Shown here: positions 9,790 to 18,970 of the stretch, piece after piece
Layout: the number at the start of each line of letters is the position of its first letter
Numbering within the stretch: position 1 is the stretch's first letter
Assembly (NCBI GenBank): GCA_049591455.1
Contig: JBAWFA010000004.1
Span: 157,138-221,137 of the forward strand
Length of the DNA stretch: 64,000 bases
From: Gammaproteobacteria bacterium
GTDB taxonomy: Bacteria > Pseudomonadota > Gammaproteobacteria > Natronospirales > REEB76
Direction of reading: 5' to 3'
Position numbers and translations under genes: made by a program
Notes under the pieces: generated by a model
The model's input: only the letters and a program-made list of their open reading frames with translations
What the model was told of the DNA's origin: nothing
Database searches by the model: none

Positions 9790-11169
9790 ATGATGAAACA
9801 TCTGGTTCGATTTTGCGGCGTACTGCTGGTACTTCTTGCAGTACCATGCATTGCTATTGCCGACAAAGACGTGGATTGCCACATCGGCGGCTACCGGCTG
9901 GCCGATGGTGGCGTCGTGGCCATTACGCCCTCCGACGGTGGCACACTCCGCTGGCTGCGCTTCGACGGCGAAACGGGCGTGCTGCACAGGACAACCGGAG
10001 ATACATGGAGCAGCACCAAGGGTTGGACCCAACAGACGGACGGCATCACCGTCAGCCTCCCGGACTGCAAGACCGGGGAAATCAATTTCAACGGTATCCA
10101 CGGTCGGCGCCTCACGTTCGACACGGAGAACGTGCGCTTCAGGGGCCACGGCGTCACCCTCGCTGGTCGACTTGTGATGCCACCAGGAACGAACAAGGTG
10201 CCGGTGTTGATCTTCGTGCACGGCTCTGAACACGCCTCCGCAATAAGCTCCTACTCCACGTTTTCTTATGCCCTGCAACGTATGCTGCCCGCTGAAGGGA
10301 TCGGTATGTTCGTGTACGACAAGCGCGGGACCGGCGCATCCGGCGGCCAATACACCCAGGACTTCAGTCTGCTGGCAGACGACGTCGATGCCGCAGTGCG
10401 TGAAGCCCGCCATCTGGCGGGACCGCGGCTGGGACGTATCGGTTTCTTTGGGGGTAGCGAGGGTGGTTGGGTCGCGCCTATTGCGGCAAATCGTGTGCAC
10501 GTGAACTTTGTCATCGTAGGTTACGGGCTGGCGGTAAACGTCATTCAAGAGGATCAGGAAGAGGTAGAACTCCAAATGCGGCAAAAAGGCTATTCGCCCG
10601 AGATAATTGCCAAAGCACTCGAGGTGGCGCGCGCCGCCGAAACCGTAATGGAAAGCGATTTCAAGCATGGATTCCGGAAGTTAGATGCCATAAGGGCTAA
10701 GTATGGAAGCACACCCTGGTACAAAGAAGTATATGGTGATTACGCATGGATCGTACTGCAGCAGCATTCCGACGCGCAGCTCCGCGCCATGGCGCCAAAG
10801 TTCGACTGGCATACGCCCTTCCACTACGACCCGATGCCCACCCTACGTGCTGATAAGACCCCGCAGCTTTGGATCCTCGGTGGCGAGGACTACGAAGCGC
10901 CGAGTGCGGAGACGAGTCGCCGCATCAAGACGCTTATAGCAAGCGGGTTGCCATTTACGTTGGCCTACTATCCGCATGCGGATCACGGCATGACTTTATT
11001 TGAGACTCAAGCTGACGGCACGCGGGTTGATATCCGCTACGCGCCAGGTTACTTCGCCATGATCCGTGACTTTGCGCGTCTGGGTTGGCTTCCAAGTAAA
11101 TACGGCGACGCCGAGATATCGCGCTCTCACGTGGGTTCAGTTCCCGCCACAGGAACCTCATCCCATTAG
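9790..11169 (+). CDS. Secreted alpha/beta hydrolase (prolyl-oligopeptidase/dienelactone-hydrolase-like)
   Basis: Signal peptide MMKHLVRFCGVLLVLLAVPCIA, nucleophile elbow GGSEGGW, and a C-terminal ...YYPHADHGM region consistent with a catalytic His. The start was set to ATG 9790. Confidence 0.7.
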   Translation: MMKHLVRFCGVLLVLLAVPCIAIADKDVDCHIGGYRLADGGVVAITPSDGGTLRWLRFDGETGVLHRTTGDTWSSTKGWTQQTDGITVSLPDCKTGEINFNGIHGRRLTFDTENVRFRGHGVTLAGRLVMPPGTNKVPVLIFVHGSEHASAISSYSTFSYALQRMLPAEGIGMFVYDKRGTGASGGQYTQDFSLLADDVDAAVREARHLAGPRLGRIGFFGGSEGGWVAPIAANRVHVNFVIVGYGLAVNVIQEDQEEVELQMRQKGYSPEIIAKALEVARAAETVMESDFKHGFRKLDAIRAKYGSTPWYKEVYGDYAWIVLQQHSDAQLRAMAPKFDWHTPFHYDPMPTLRADKTPQLWILGGEDYEAPSAETSRRIKTLIASGLPFTLAYYPHADHGMTLFETQADGTRVDIRYAPGYFAMIRDFARLGWLPSKYGDAEISRSHVGSVPATGTSSH

Positions 11170-11327
11170 AGTAGCAATTATTTGTGGATAGCAAGAAGCG
11201 ATAGTTCATACCCATGGCAGGCCAGCCGTAAATGAAAAGATGGATTAACCTGGGGCAGAATTGAACATCGTCATCACTAGTCTTGGTTCATGGTCTCCAT
11301 GATGTCTCTGGATTAGAGGAGAAAGTT

Positions 11328-12332
11328 ATGAAACTGGTAAGACTGAAAGCACCGGCTGGGTTGCAAAATCTCCAATTGGTCGATGAAAATCATCCCGAAC
11401 CGGGGCCGGGTCAAATGCTGGTCAGGATCCGGGCCAGTTCATTGAATTTCCACGACGAATTGGTGGTGCAGGGAAAGATTCCGTGTGCCGACGGCCGTAT
11501 TCCCATGAACGACGGCGCCGGGGAGGTCATATCGGTTGGCGAGAACGTCGACGGGTTCAAGGCCGGAAACCACGTGGTCAGCACGTTTTGGCCCTATTGG
11601 TTGGAAGGCGATATGACACCGGCTACCCGGCGGGACATTCCTGGGGACAGTATTGATGGCTATGCCCGCGAATTTGTGTGCATGCCAGCACACGCTTTCA
11701 CCAAGGCCCCGGCAGGCTACACGCACGCCGAGGCGGCGACGCTGCCCACGGCCGGTGTGACCGCCTGGAGAGGTTTGGTCGAATGCGGCCATGTAAAACC
11801 CGGGGACTCTGTGTTGATCCTGGGCACCGGCGGCGTATCAATTTTTGCTCTGCAATTCGCCAAAGTTGCGGGCGCGCGCGTCATCGCTACTTCGTCCTCT
11901 GACGAGAAGCTGGAAAAGTTGAAGCGCTTGGGAGCCGACGACGTCATCAATTACAAGTCTGTACCGAAGTGGGGCCAGAAGGTAAAGGATCTGACGGATG
12001 GGCGTGGAGTTGATCAGGTCATTGAGGTCGGCGGACCCGGCACATTAATGCAGTCAATTGAAGCCTGCAGGATGGGCGGGCATATCGCCCTGATTGGAGT
12101 TTTGACCGGTTTTGCAGGAGAACTGTCGATCGGAGCACTGTTGTCTAGTCAGATCCGCACCAGTGCGATCATGGTTGGCAGCAGAGCCAATCAAGAGGAC
12201 ATGATCCGGGCCATAACCTCGAATCGTTTGAAGCCAGTTATTGACCGCCAGTTTCCACTCCAAGAAATTGTCGCGGCGTTCAAGTACTTCGAATCCCAAA
12301 AGCACTTTGGCAAAGTTTGCCTGCAACTTTAG
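11328..12332 (+). CDS. NAD(P)-dependent MDR-family (zinc-type/quinone) oxidoreductase
   Basis: GroES-like N-terminal domain and a Rossmann motif VLILGTGGVSIFALQFAK. The C-terminus ...KHFGKVCLQL is typical of the family. An RBS (gaggag) precedes ATG 11328. Confidence 0.85.
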   Translation: MKLVRLKAPAGLQNLQLVDENHPEPGPGQMLVRIRASSLNFHDELVVQGKIPCADGRIPMNDGAGEVISVGENVDGFKAGNHVVSTFWPYWLEGDMTPATRRDIPGDSIDGYAREFVCMPAHAFTKAPAGYTHAEAATLPTAGVTAWRGLVECGHVKPGDSVLILGTGGVSIFALQFAKVAGARVIATSSSDEKLEKLKRLGADDVINYKSVPKWGQKVKDLTDGRGVDQVIEVGGPGTLMQSIEACRMGGHIALIGVLTGFAGELSIGALLSSQIRTSAIMVGSRANQEDMIRAITSNRLKPVIDRQFPLQEIVAAFKYFESQKHFGKVCLQL

Positions 12333-12425
12333 GCGTCAACCACCGATCTGAGGCCCAACATACTTGTTACTCACCGTGTGTAGATATTTGGAGTTAAATT
12401 TATCTCGTGATCAGCAAGCATTGAA

Positions 12426-13277
12426 TTGCAGACAGCTACGAAACAGGAGAATACGGCTATGACAAAACACATCATGACAACGAGCAAGGAAAAAGATAAA
12501 GAAGACGAGAAAGGGCAACTCCGCATGAATACACCTCCAATAGTGTCGCCTGAGGCGTGGGAGGCCGCACGTCAGCAGCTGCTTGTGAAGGAAAAGGCAT
12601 TGACCCGCTCCCGTGATGCGCTCGCCGCCGAACGTCGACGGATGCCGTGGATGATGGTGGAAAAGAACTACGAGTTCGACAGCCCTAAAGGTAAGATAAA
12701 CCTGCTCGACTTGTTCGAAAGCCGCCGGCAGTTGATCGTCTACCGCGCCTTTTTCGAGCCCGGGGTGTTCGGCTGGCCTGAGCACGCCTGCCGCGGCTGC
12801 TCCCTGGGCGCCGATCAGGTCGCCCACCTCGCGCATCTGAACGCGCGCGACACCACGCTTGCCTACGCCTCACGCGCGCCGCAGGCGGACATCGCCCGTT
12901 TGAAAGCACGCATGGGTTGGGAGATGCCTTGGTACACCATTACCGACAGCTTCGACACTGACTTCGGCGTTAACGGTTGGCACGGCCACAACGTGTTCTT
13001 CCGCGACGGCGAGCGAGTTTTCCGCACGTACTTCATCAACAACCGTGCCGACGAGGCGATGGGAACCACCTGGAGTTACCTCGATATCACGCCACTCGGG
13101 CGTCAGGAGACCTGGGAAGATTCGCCTGAGGGTTATCCCCAGTCCCCGCCGTACAAGTGGTGGAACTGGCACGACAACTACGACGCCGAGACCGCGCCGG
13201 ATCCGAAGTGGGTCGACATCATCACCGACCCCCAGGAAGCCGCCGCCCGGAGGCGCGACGAAGATGAGAAGGAATGA
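12426..13277 (+). CDS. DUF899 thioredoxin-like protein, copy 1
   Basis: Characteristic N-terminal segment PPIVSPEAWEAARQQLLVKEKALTRSRDALAAERRRMPW...LLDLFESRRQLIVY. The start is ambiguous (Met at 12426, 12459 or further in). Confidence 0.75.
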   Translation: MQTATKQENTAMTKHIMTTSKEKDKEDEKGQLRMNTPPIVSPEAWEAARQQLLVKEKALTRSRDALAAERRRMPWMMVEKNYEFDSPKGKINLLDLFESRRQLIVYRAFFEPGVFGWPEHACRGCSLGADQVAHLAHLNARDTTLAYASRAPQADIARLKARMGWEMPWYTITDSFDTDFGVNGWHGHNVFFRDGERVFRTYFINNRADEAMGTTWSYLDITPLGRQETWEDSPEGYPQSPPYKWWNWHDNYDAETAPDPKWVDIITDPQEAAARRRDEDEKE

Positions 13278-13333
13278 CCCTGCACATGACTGCGGCTTCT
13301 TCAAGCAGAGTTATTGCCGCAAAGGAAAAAACC

Positions 13334-14080
13334 ATGAAAGACGCCGTCAGCAATGAACTTGGAGCTCCGAAATTAGTCGATCGGAGCATTTTTCAGGCCG
13401 AATTGGACGTGCTGCGCATTCGGGAGAAGGCTCATACAAAGGAAGGCGACGCCATTGCAGCTGCCCGCCGACGACTTCCGATGGTCGAGGTGGACGGCAC
13501 CACACCACTGATTAGCGCACATGGGGCAGTGACACTGCTGGATGCGTTTGAGCGCCGCCGGATACTGATCGCCTACTACTTTATGTGGCACACCGGCCAC
13601 CCTGCGCCGGAACAGTGCGAGGGCTGCACTTGGTTAACATCGCAGGTTCGCGAGCTATCCTATATCCATTCCCGCGACGCCACCTACGCCGTGTTGTGCC
13701 AAGGCCCGTATGAAGAGAGCGCCCGGTACCGCGACTTCATGGGCTGGGAGATGCCTTGGTACTCGGCCAGGGACTCGCTCGATACTCTCCTGGATGGAGG
13801 CCGTGCGGGCATGTTCCACCTCGTTTGCTACCTGCGACAAGGATCCAAAGTCTATGAGACGTACTGGACGACGGGCCGCGGCGGCGAGGCGATGGACATA
13901 AGCTACGGTCTGCTCGACTTGACCGTCTACGGGCGGCAGGAGCCGTGGGAGGATTCGCCGGCTGGCTGGCCACAACATTTCAAAGGCAAGCAGACCTTCC
14001 GCATCGACGGACGCCCTACCCCTCAGTGGTCTCGCCTGAAGGCCGGATATTCGGACGATCTGGGCACTGGCAGCCGCTGA
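13334..14080 (+). CDS. DUF899 thioredoxin-like protein, copy 2
   Basis: Paralogous pattern FQAELDVLRIREKAHTKEGDAIAAARRRLPM...LLDAFERRRILIAYYFMW. ATG 13334 (MKDAVSN...) was chosen. Confidence 0.75.
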   Translation: MKDAVSNELGAPKLVDRSIFQAELDVLRIREKAHTKEGDAIAAARRRLPMVEVDGTTPLISAHGAVTLLDAFERRRILIAYYFMWHTGHPAPEQCEGCTWLTSQVRELSYIHSRDATYAVLCQGPYEESARYRDFMGWEMPWYSARDSLDTLLDGGRAGMFHLVCYLRQGSKVYETYWTTGRGGEAMDISYGLLDLTVYGRQEPWEDSPAGWPQHFKGKQTFRIDGRPTPQWSRLKAGYSDDLGTGSR

Positions 14081-14129
14081 CTTCGTTCCTGCACTACAGC
14101 GACTGGAACCTTAAATAGGAGGTTATATT

Positions 14130-14495
14130 ATGAGGCATCAGATTGCAGCGCACGAAGAATGGTTAACCGCGCATAGCGGTCAATGGGGAAACGGCAGCAA
14201 CCCCGAAATGATTGCCAGCGGGCCCGAGTTGATTAACTCTGAACCCACATCGTTTCGAGCTCGGCCTCATATCAGCGCGGATCGTCTGCTGTCCCTCGCG
14301 GCTGCGCCGACCTTTGCACTCATGGCCTTAATGACGGGGATTTATGGAGGTAGCATGCCGGATATGCTCTGCCCGTCTCCTGGAAGCGAATTGCCACTCA
14401 GCGGAATGTGCTTGATGTACTTACTGATGAGTGCCTTCCATTTGGGAGCTTGGCTGAGACTGGTCTCCCGCCAAAGCAGTGCTGCTGGTCGATAA
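14130..14495 (+). CDS. Small hypothetical membrane protein
   Basis: 121-aa ORF with an RBS (aggagg) about 8 nt upstream and two hydrophobic segments (LLSLAAAPTFALMALMTGIY; GMCLMYLLMSAFHLGAWL). No family recognised. Confidence 0.4.
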   Translation: MRHQIAAHEEWLTAHSGQWGNGSNPEMIASGPELINSEPTSFRARPHISADRLLSLAAAPTFALMALMTGIYGGSMPDMLCPSPGSELPLSGMCLMYLLMSAFHLGAWLRLVSRQSSAAGR

Positions 14496-14767
14496 ACGCA
14501 GGCCGATTTGAATTACTGGTTCTGACGGTATATTTGCCGTGGATCGTTGCGGGGCGGCATCCGTATTGAGACACATGAAGTTTATGGAGAACCCGTAATC
14601 TGGACCCAAATTATTTATTTGCTTTTCACTAAGATAAACTCATTTCGAGTGGTGGCGAATGTCTGCCCCTAGCCGCAAGGCGTCCCTAAAATATATAGTG
14701 CGCATAAATTGATGATATGTAAGATTGGGCACCCTCACCCACAGCTATAAATTGGTACTCTGCACCT

Positions 14768-15772
14768 TTAATCCAGATTAGCAGCGAATTCGACGTCTTC
14801 CTCGGTTAAGTCAGACAAATTATCTAACGCTTTCAATTGGCTAACATCGTCCAGAGCCATCGAAAAGTTTAGCCTGGGGTTGAAGCGCATGTAGTTTTGT
14901 TTGAGCAGTAACTGTGCCTGATCGTGAACCAGAGTTGATTGACTCTGCATCGTTATCTCAAAAAACGGCGGAGATGAGAATTTCCGAGTCCATCCCTTAC
15001 CCCCTGTATTGATCAGTGTCCTATAGTCATACGACACTGCATGAGGTATCCCAGTTCCCACGGAAAGCATTCTGAGTCGTGTACCGCTCGCCGTATTTAA
15101 GCTGTGCTCTGGATTCCTACCACGCTTACTTTTGCGTTCAAACTGCAGTGCTTCCACCAATGCAATCATAGAAGGGTTATTTGCGCAGAGCCCGCCATCA
15201 ACAATGTAAGAAGAATGTTGTGATGAATGGCTAGCAAAGTATGTCGGCGCCGCTGAAGTACACAGAGCCACGTCCACCAACCGCTCCTGGAGACGGCCTG
15301 AATTCCGTGCTAAGTAGTCAGTTTTGAATAATCTGGACTGTGCATTTTGCAACCCAACACCAATAATACAGGCGTCTGTATTTAAATCAGCGAGACACCG
15401 GCGCCCAAAACACTCAATAAGAAAGTCTCGAAGTATCCGGTTATCATACTTCGGGCGCCACCAGGGTAGGAGATGCCTTGCTTTTGGGCCAAATATTTTC
15501 GGCAGATAAGTTTCGTGTAATTCACGTATCTTCCCTGCAGAAATCCCCACAGCCAATCCAAGAGCGATTATTCCGCCGGTCGAAGTACCGACAATAAAGT
15601 CAAACCGCTCACCGAGAGACACAGTGCGTCCGGTACTCCTATTCAGATGGGTCTCAAGATTCTCCAAATATCGAATCGATAGATAACCTCTCGACCCGCC
15701 ACCATCTAAACTCAACACACAAAAATTATCTGACACTTCTTGTATCTGCATCAGCCCTACCAACCATTCCAC
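14768..15772 (-). CDS. Patatin-like phospholipase, CBASS effector (CapV-like)
   Basis: Oxyanion motif DGGGSRG, nucleophile GTSTGG (GxSxG) and catalytic Asp motif DGGLCANNP. It overlaps the upstream CD-NTase gene by 16 nt, or starts at MQIQE... (15751), 5 nt after its stop. Confidence 0.85.
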   Translation of the reverse strand: MEWLVGLMQIQEVSDNFCVLSLDGGGSRGYLSIRYLENLETHLNRSTGRTVSLGERFDFIVGTSTGGIIALGLAVGISAGKIRELHETYLPKIFGPKARHLLPWWRPKYDNRILRDFLIECFGRRCLADLNTDACIIGVGLQNAQSRLFKTDYLARNSGRLQERLVDVALCTSAAPTYFASHSSQHSSYIVDGGLCANNPSMIALVEALQFERKSKRGRNPEHSLNTASGTRLRMLSVGTGIPHAVSYDYRTLINTGGKGWTRKFSSPPFFEITMQSQSTLVHDQAQLLLKQNYMRFNPRLNFSMALDDVSQLKALDNLSDLTEEDVEFAANLD

Positions 15773-16677
15773 AGCTCAATGAGCTCAGAAGTAAACGAGC
15801 GAGCTTGTGATACTGTCAACTGATATCGATGATCTCCAAATAATGCCCAACGGCCGTGTTGGAATGTGAAATTCTGTGCCGCAGGTCCTTGCAGCGAATG
15901 ATGAAGGAAATTGATAGCGTGTATTACAGTAGACTCGTAGCTAGCTCCGAATTGGCCATCAGGCACATTAAATAGCAAGCATTCAACAAAGTATGATGGT
16001 ATTTTTGTCGTGAAGAAAGTTACGTTTATGTCAGAAGCGCGATTGCGCATGTTCTTGAAGATCCTCACAGTTGGCTTATACCATCCATTTGTTCTTAACG
16101 GGGAATTTTTATTTGCGCCATTGTCGCGGTGCGCCTTTGGGTATGCCTCATATTCAAGCTCATCACTTTGTCCCCTAAATTTGACGCCTTCAGCCTCAAG
16201 CTTCAAGCCATTGTAGTGGCAATACTTAATGCAAGGGATTACGTCCGCTTTCAAACGCCCTGGCTGTGCGCCAATCTTAATGGACTTGTTCCCACGCGTT
16301 ATGGATCCACGACCAAAATGCGCAACTAGTGCATGCAATACTTCGCTATTGAAACGCTGCACCGGGTAAGTGCCTGCAATTAGACCAAGCTGCTGCTTAT
16401 CAATTGGTGTGAGATTTGAATCGAATTGCGAGGTAAACTCACATATCACATCAATGTCACTGTCGGCGCGAATATTTGTAGCATTTGCATAGGAACCCTG
16501 CAGGTACACCTCATAACTCATGCTCTGGGGCCAAGTATGTCTGGCAAGCGCTGTTTCGACCGATCGATACGTATCGGCTGACATAGTTGTCGCGCCTTGG
16601 TTTGCCCATGTAGTAAGCTGGTCTTCAGGTATTGCCATTGATACCGCTTCCTCACTCTGGTTCGCGCCCCGGTTCAT
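15757..16677 (-). CDS. cGAS/DncV-like nucleotidyltransferase (CD-NTase, SMODS family)
   Basis: Pol-beta NTase core LQGSYANATNIRADSDIDV (GS...DxD) and a third acidic residue in KADVIPC. The downstream blocks YPKAHRDNGANKN...GWYKPTVRIFKNMRN and SYFVECLLFNVP are typical of SMODS/CD-NTases. Confidence 0.8.
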   Translation of the reverse strand: MNRGANQSEEAVSMAIPEDQLTTWANQGATTMSADTYRSVETALARHTWPQSMSYEVYLQGSYANATNIRADSDIDVICEFTSQFDSNLTPIDKQQLGLIAGTYPVQRFNSEVLHALVAHFGRGSITRGNKSIKIGAQPGRLKADVIPCIKYCHYNGLKLEAEGVKFRGQSDELEYEAYPKAHRDNGANKNSPLRTNGWYKPTVRIFKNMRNRASDINVTFFTTKIPSYFVECLLFNVPDGQFGASYESTVIHAINFLHHSLQGPAAQNFTFQHGRWALFGDHRYQLTVSQARSFTSELIELWNGW

Positions 16678-16929
16678 ACCGTGCTGTTAGACCCCTTATT
16701 GCGACTCCGGGTTGTTGATACTAGCCAAAAGTTGACCTCAAACTCTAGGTGACCTTTGCGCATATAAATAGAACAAAGTTCGGTTTATACATTAAGAGCT
16801 ACGCGTTGCCACTCCGGTCATTCTTCGTTCAACATTATGGTCCAAGTGGCATCATTTCTCGACCAGCGTCGCCATACGATGTGCATACCACGTTGTACGA
16901 ATACTGGGGTATCGTGTAGTGTATAACTG

Positions 16930-17766
16930 ATGTTTAAGACCATAGGTAAGTCTGTCTGGGCGTTCGACCTTGAATGGGTACCCGACCCACTCGCGGCCAA
17001 GCGCTTAGGATTGGTAGATGAGGGCGCTTCCGATGCGGAAGCGATAAAGGCACTCTGGATTCGGACTGGAGTCACCGAATCCGACCCTCAACCTTTCGTG
17101 AAAACCGTTCTGTCCAGAATAGTCTCAATATCCGCAGTTAAACGTGAAACTTTAGACAATGGGACCGTGACCTTGTCACTCACCTCAATGCCACGGCCTG
17201 GAGATGAGATGGATGAGAAGTCTTTGTTATCCAGCTTTTTCACGGCCATAGGACGCACAAAGCCCCAACTTGTCGGATTCAATAGCGGCAGTTCCGACCT
17301 CAAGATCCTAACTCAGCGGGGTATAGCCCTGGGAATATCAGCACCCGGATTTGGGCAACGCCCCAATAAACCATGGGAAGGGTATGACTACTGGGCCGCG
17401 CACGGTAGCGAAGGTCATATTGATCTTGCAGACATCGTCGGTGGATGGGGTAAAGCAATGCCGTCGCTCCATGAGATCGCTGTCGTTTCCGGTATCCCCG
17501 GTAAGCTCGGTATCGGTGGGGATAAGGTTGCGCCAATGTATTTTGCGGGCGATATCGCCGGCATAGTCGCCTATAACGAATGCGATGCTATCACTACATA
17601 TTTACTCTGGTTACAGGTTGCTAATTTTGGCGGTTTTTTCAATGCAGGTCAGTTTCTTGAAGAGCAGCGTCGAGTTGCAACATTGCTACTCTCGCAGTCG
17701 CGAGAGAAACCGCAATTAAACAATTACATTAGAGAGTGGCAAAGACTAGGCGGCTATCCTTCATAA
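16930..17766 (+). CDS. DEDDy 3'-5' exonuclease related to the PolB exonuclease domain
   Basis: ExoI WAFDLEW, ExoII VGFNSGSSDLKIL and ExoIII AYNECDAITTY. It is divergent from the CBASS operon and convergent with the 17768 gene, with stop codons 1 nt apart. Confidence 0.75.
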   Translation: MFKTIGKSVWAFDLEWVPDPLAAKRLGLVDEGASDAEAIKALWIRTGVTESDPQPFVKTVLSRIVSISAVKRETLDNGTVTLSLTSMPRPGDEMDEKSLLSSFFTAIGRTKPQLVGFNSGSSDLKILTQRGIALGISAPGFGQRPNKPWEGYDYWAAHGSEGHIDLADIVGGWGKAMPSLHEIAVVSGIPGKLGIGGDKVAPMYFAGDIAGIVAYNECDAITTYLLWLQVANFGGFFNAGQFLEEQRRVATLLLSQSREKPQLNNYIREWQRLGGYPS

Positions 17767-17767
17767 T

Positions 17768-18313
17768 TTATTTACGGAGTAGTATCTTTGCGACATAAGA
17801 TGCAACATCATTTTCATAGCCAGATCGTGACAAGCGTAGTAGCTTTTCCTTTATCCAAGCATCATCATATAAACGCCAACCATGTCGCTCACAAATCTTT
17901 CCGATTGATTCCCGGTCCGTTTCGCTTGCAATATTGCCTGCTGCAAGACAAAGAGTCACTGTTGGCCTAGGAGCGCATAATCCATAAGATACAAGTTGCT
18001 TAACAAGCCTGGCCAAAATCACCTTTCTGAGTGTTGAGTCGTTAAATAATTTGTATTGCTGGCCTGCATCTGCATTTGTTCCATCCAGTCCGTGAGCGCG
18101 CACCCCGGTAGAATCAAGGTACGATTTACACTCAACTACAAGCAATTCATTCGACTTGGCTTTATATGCGAGAACATCTACTTCCCACCGTGGTGAGGTA
18201 GGCCGCTTGATTTTCTTTTTGTCCTCTGGAGTAAGTTCAACCTTGAGATTCCTTCGCACCCAATAGCCTTCCTTTTCTAGCAGAAATCCGACAAGCGATT
18301 CAAACGCATCCAT
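17768..18313 (-). CDS. Small PD-(D/E)xK (Mrr-cat/restriction-endonuclease-like) nuclease
   Basis: N-terminal FESLVGFLLEKEGYWV helix followed by WEVDVLAY ... LLVVECKS. This gives the E...D...ExK arrangement of the restriction-endonuclease fold. Confidence 0.6.
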   Translation of the reverse strand: MDAFESLVGFLLEKEGYWVRRNLKVELTPEDKKKIKRPTSPRWEVDVLAYKAKSNELLVVECKSYLDSTGVRAHGLDGTNADAGQQYKLFNDSTLRKVILARLVKQLVSYGLCAPRPTVTLCLAAGNIASETDRESIGKICERHGWRLYDDAWIKEKLLRLSRSGYENDVASYVAKILLRK

Positions 18314-18326
18314 TTATTTATATCTT

Positions 18327-18911
18327 TCAGCCAAATTCGGCGACTTTGTCATTCTGTGCTATCGCTAGAAAGTTACTTACTTTTATAAACTTCCCAAATG
18401 CCCATAGGGCTTTATCTACATCTCGGCCATCGATACCAGCAAATGTCGCATGGAACGGCATGTAACTAGTAATGTAAGAATTAATTGTTCTTGGATCATA
18501 ATTCGATATTTCCATTGCTACACCAGTCTGTATAAATGTCATTGCACGGTGGACATGTTGATCATAAATTGGAAAACGCAAAGACTGCCAACAATGCAGC
18601 CAGAAAATTCTCCATATAGCACCTCCGTCTGTGAATATATCTCTTAACAGGACATTAACATATTCGGTGAGCTCAAGATGCGCTAATTCTCGCCGCCGCC
18701 GAACAAAATTGTGCAGCACAGAATCTCTCTTTCGTGCAGATAACCGCGTTCCATTTTTCCACCGATAAAGATCCAGTATCCGTCGCTGAGTTAGTTCACG
18801 ACCGATATTCTCTTCGTACAGATTTTCTTCAGGGTAGCGGTAGCGGGGACTCCAGAATTCCACGAACTGGTGGATATTAGCTGTCAGTGGCTGGTAAATG
18901 ATCATTGGCAA
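18327..18911 (-). CDS. Hypothetical protein (194 aa, Trp/Arg-rich, apparently all-helical)
   Basis: Clean ORF ending 13 nt upstream of the nuclease gene start and 59 nt downstream of terL. No family recognised (…LYRWKNGTRLSARKRD…FWLHCWQSLRFPIYDQHVHRAM…DKALWAFGKF…). Confidence 0.5.
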   Translation of the reverse strand: MPMIIYQPLTANIHQFVEFWSPRYRYPEENLYEENIGRELTQRRILDLYRWKNGTRLSARKRDSVLHNFVRRRRELAHLELTEYVNVLLRDIFTDGGAIWRIFWLHCWQSLRFPIYDQHVHRAMTFIQTGVAMEISNYDPRTINSYITSYMPFHATFAGIDGRDVDKALWAFGKFIKVSNFLAIAQNDKVAEFG

Positions 18912-18970
18912 TAATGTAAACCCCTCTGCTTACAAATAGGAGATCCTAGGCTGCGTCATCATTAGTTACC

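Noticed and set aside
14496-14767. Search for a direct repeat of the tRNA-Ser 3' end (attL) at the left island border, and in 24671-25101 and 26599-26989
   Set aside because: I could not find a convincing copy of the tRNA 3' segment (ggattcgaaccc...) by eye. The borders therefore remain approximate, and no att feature is reported.
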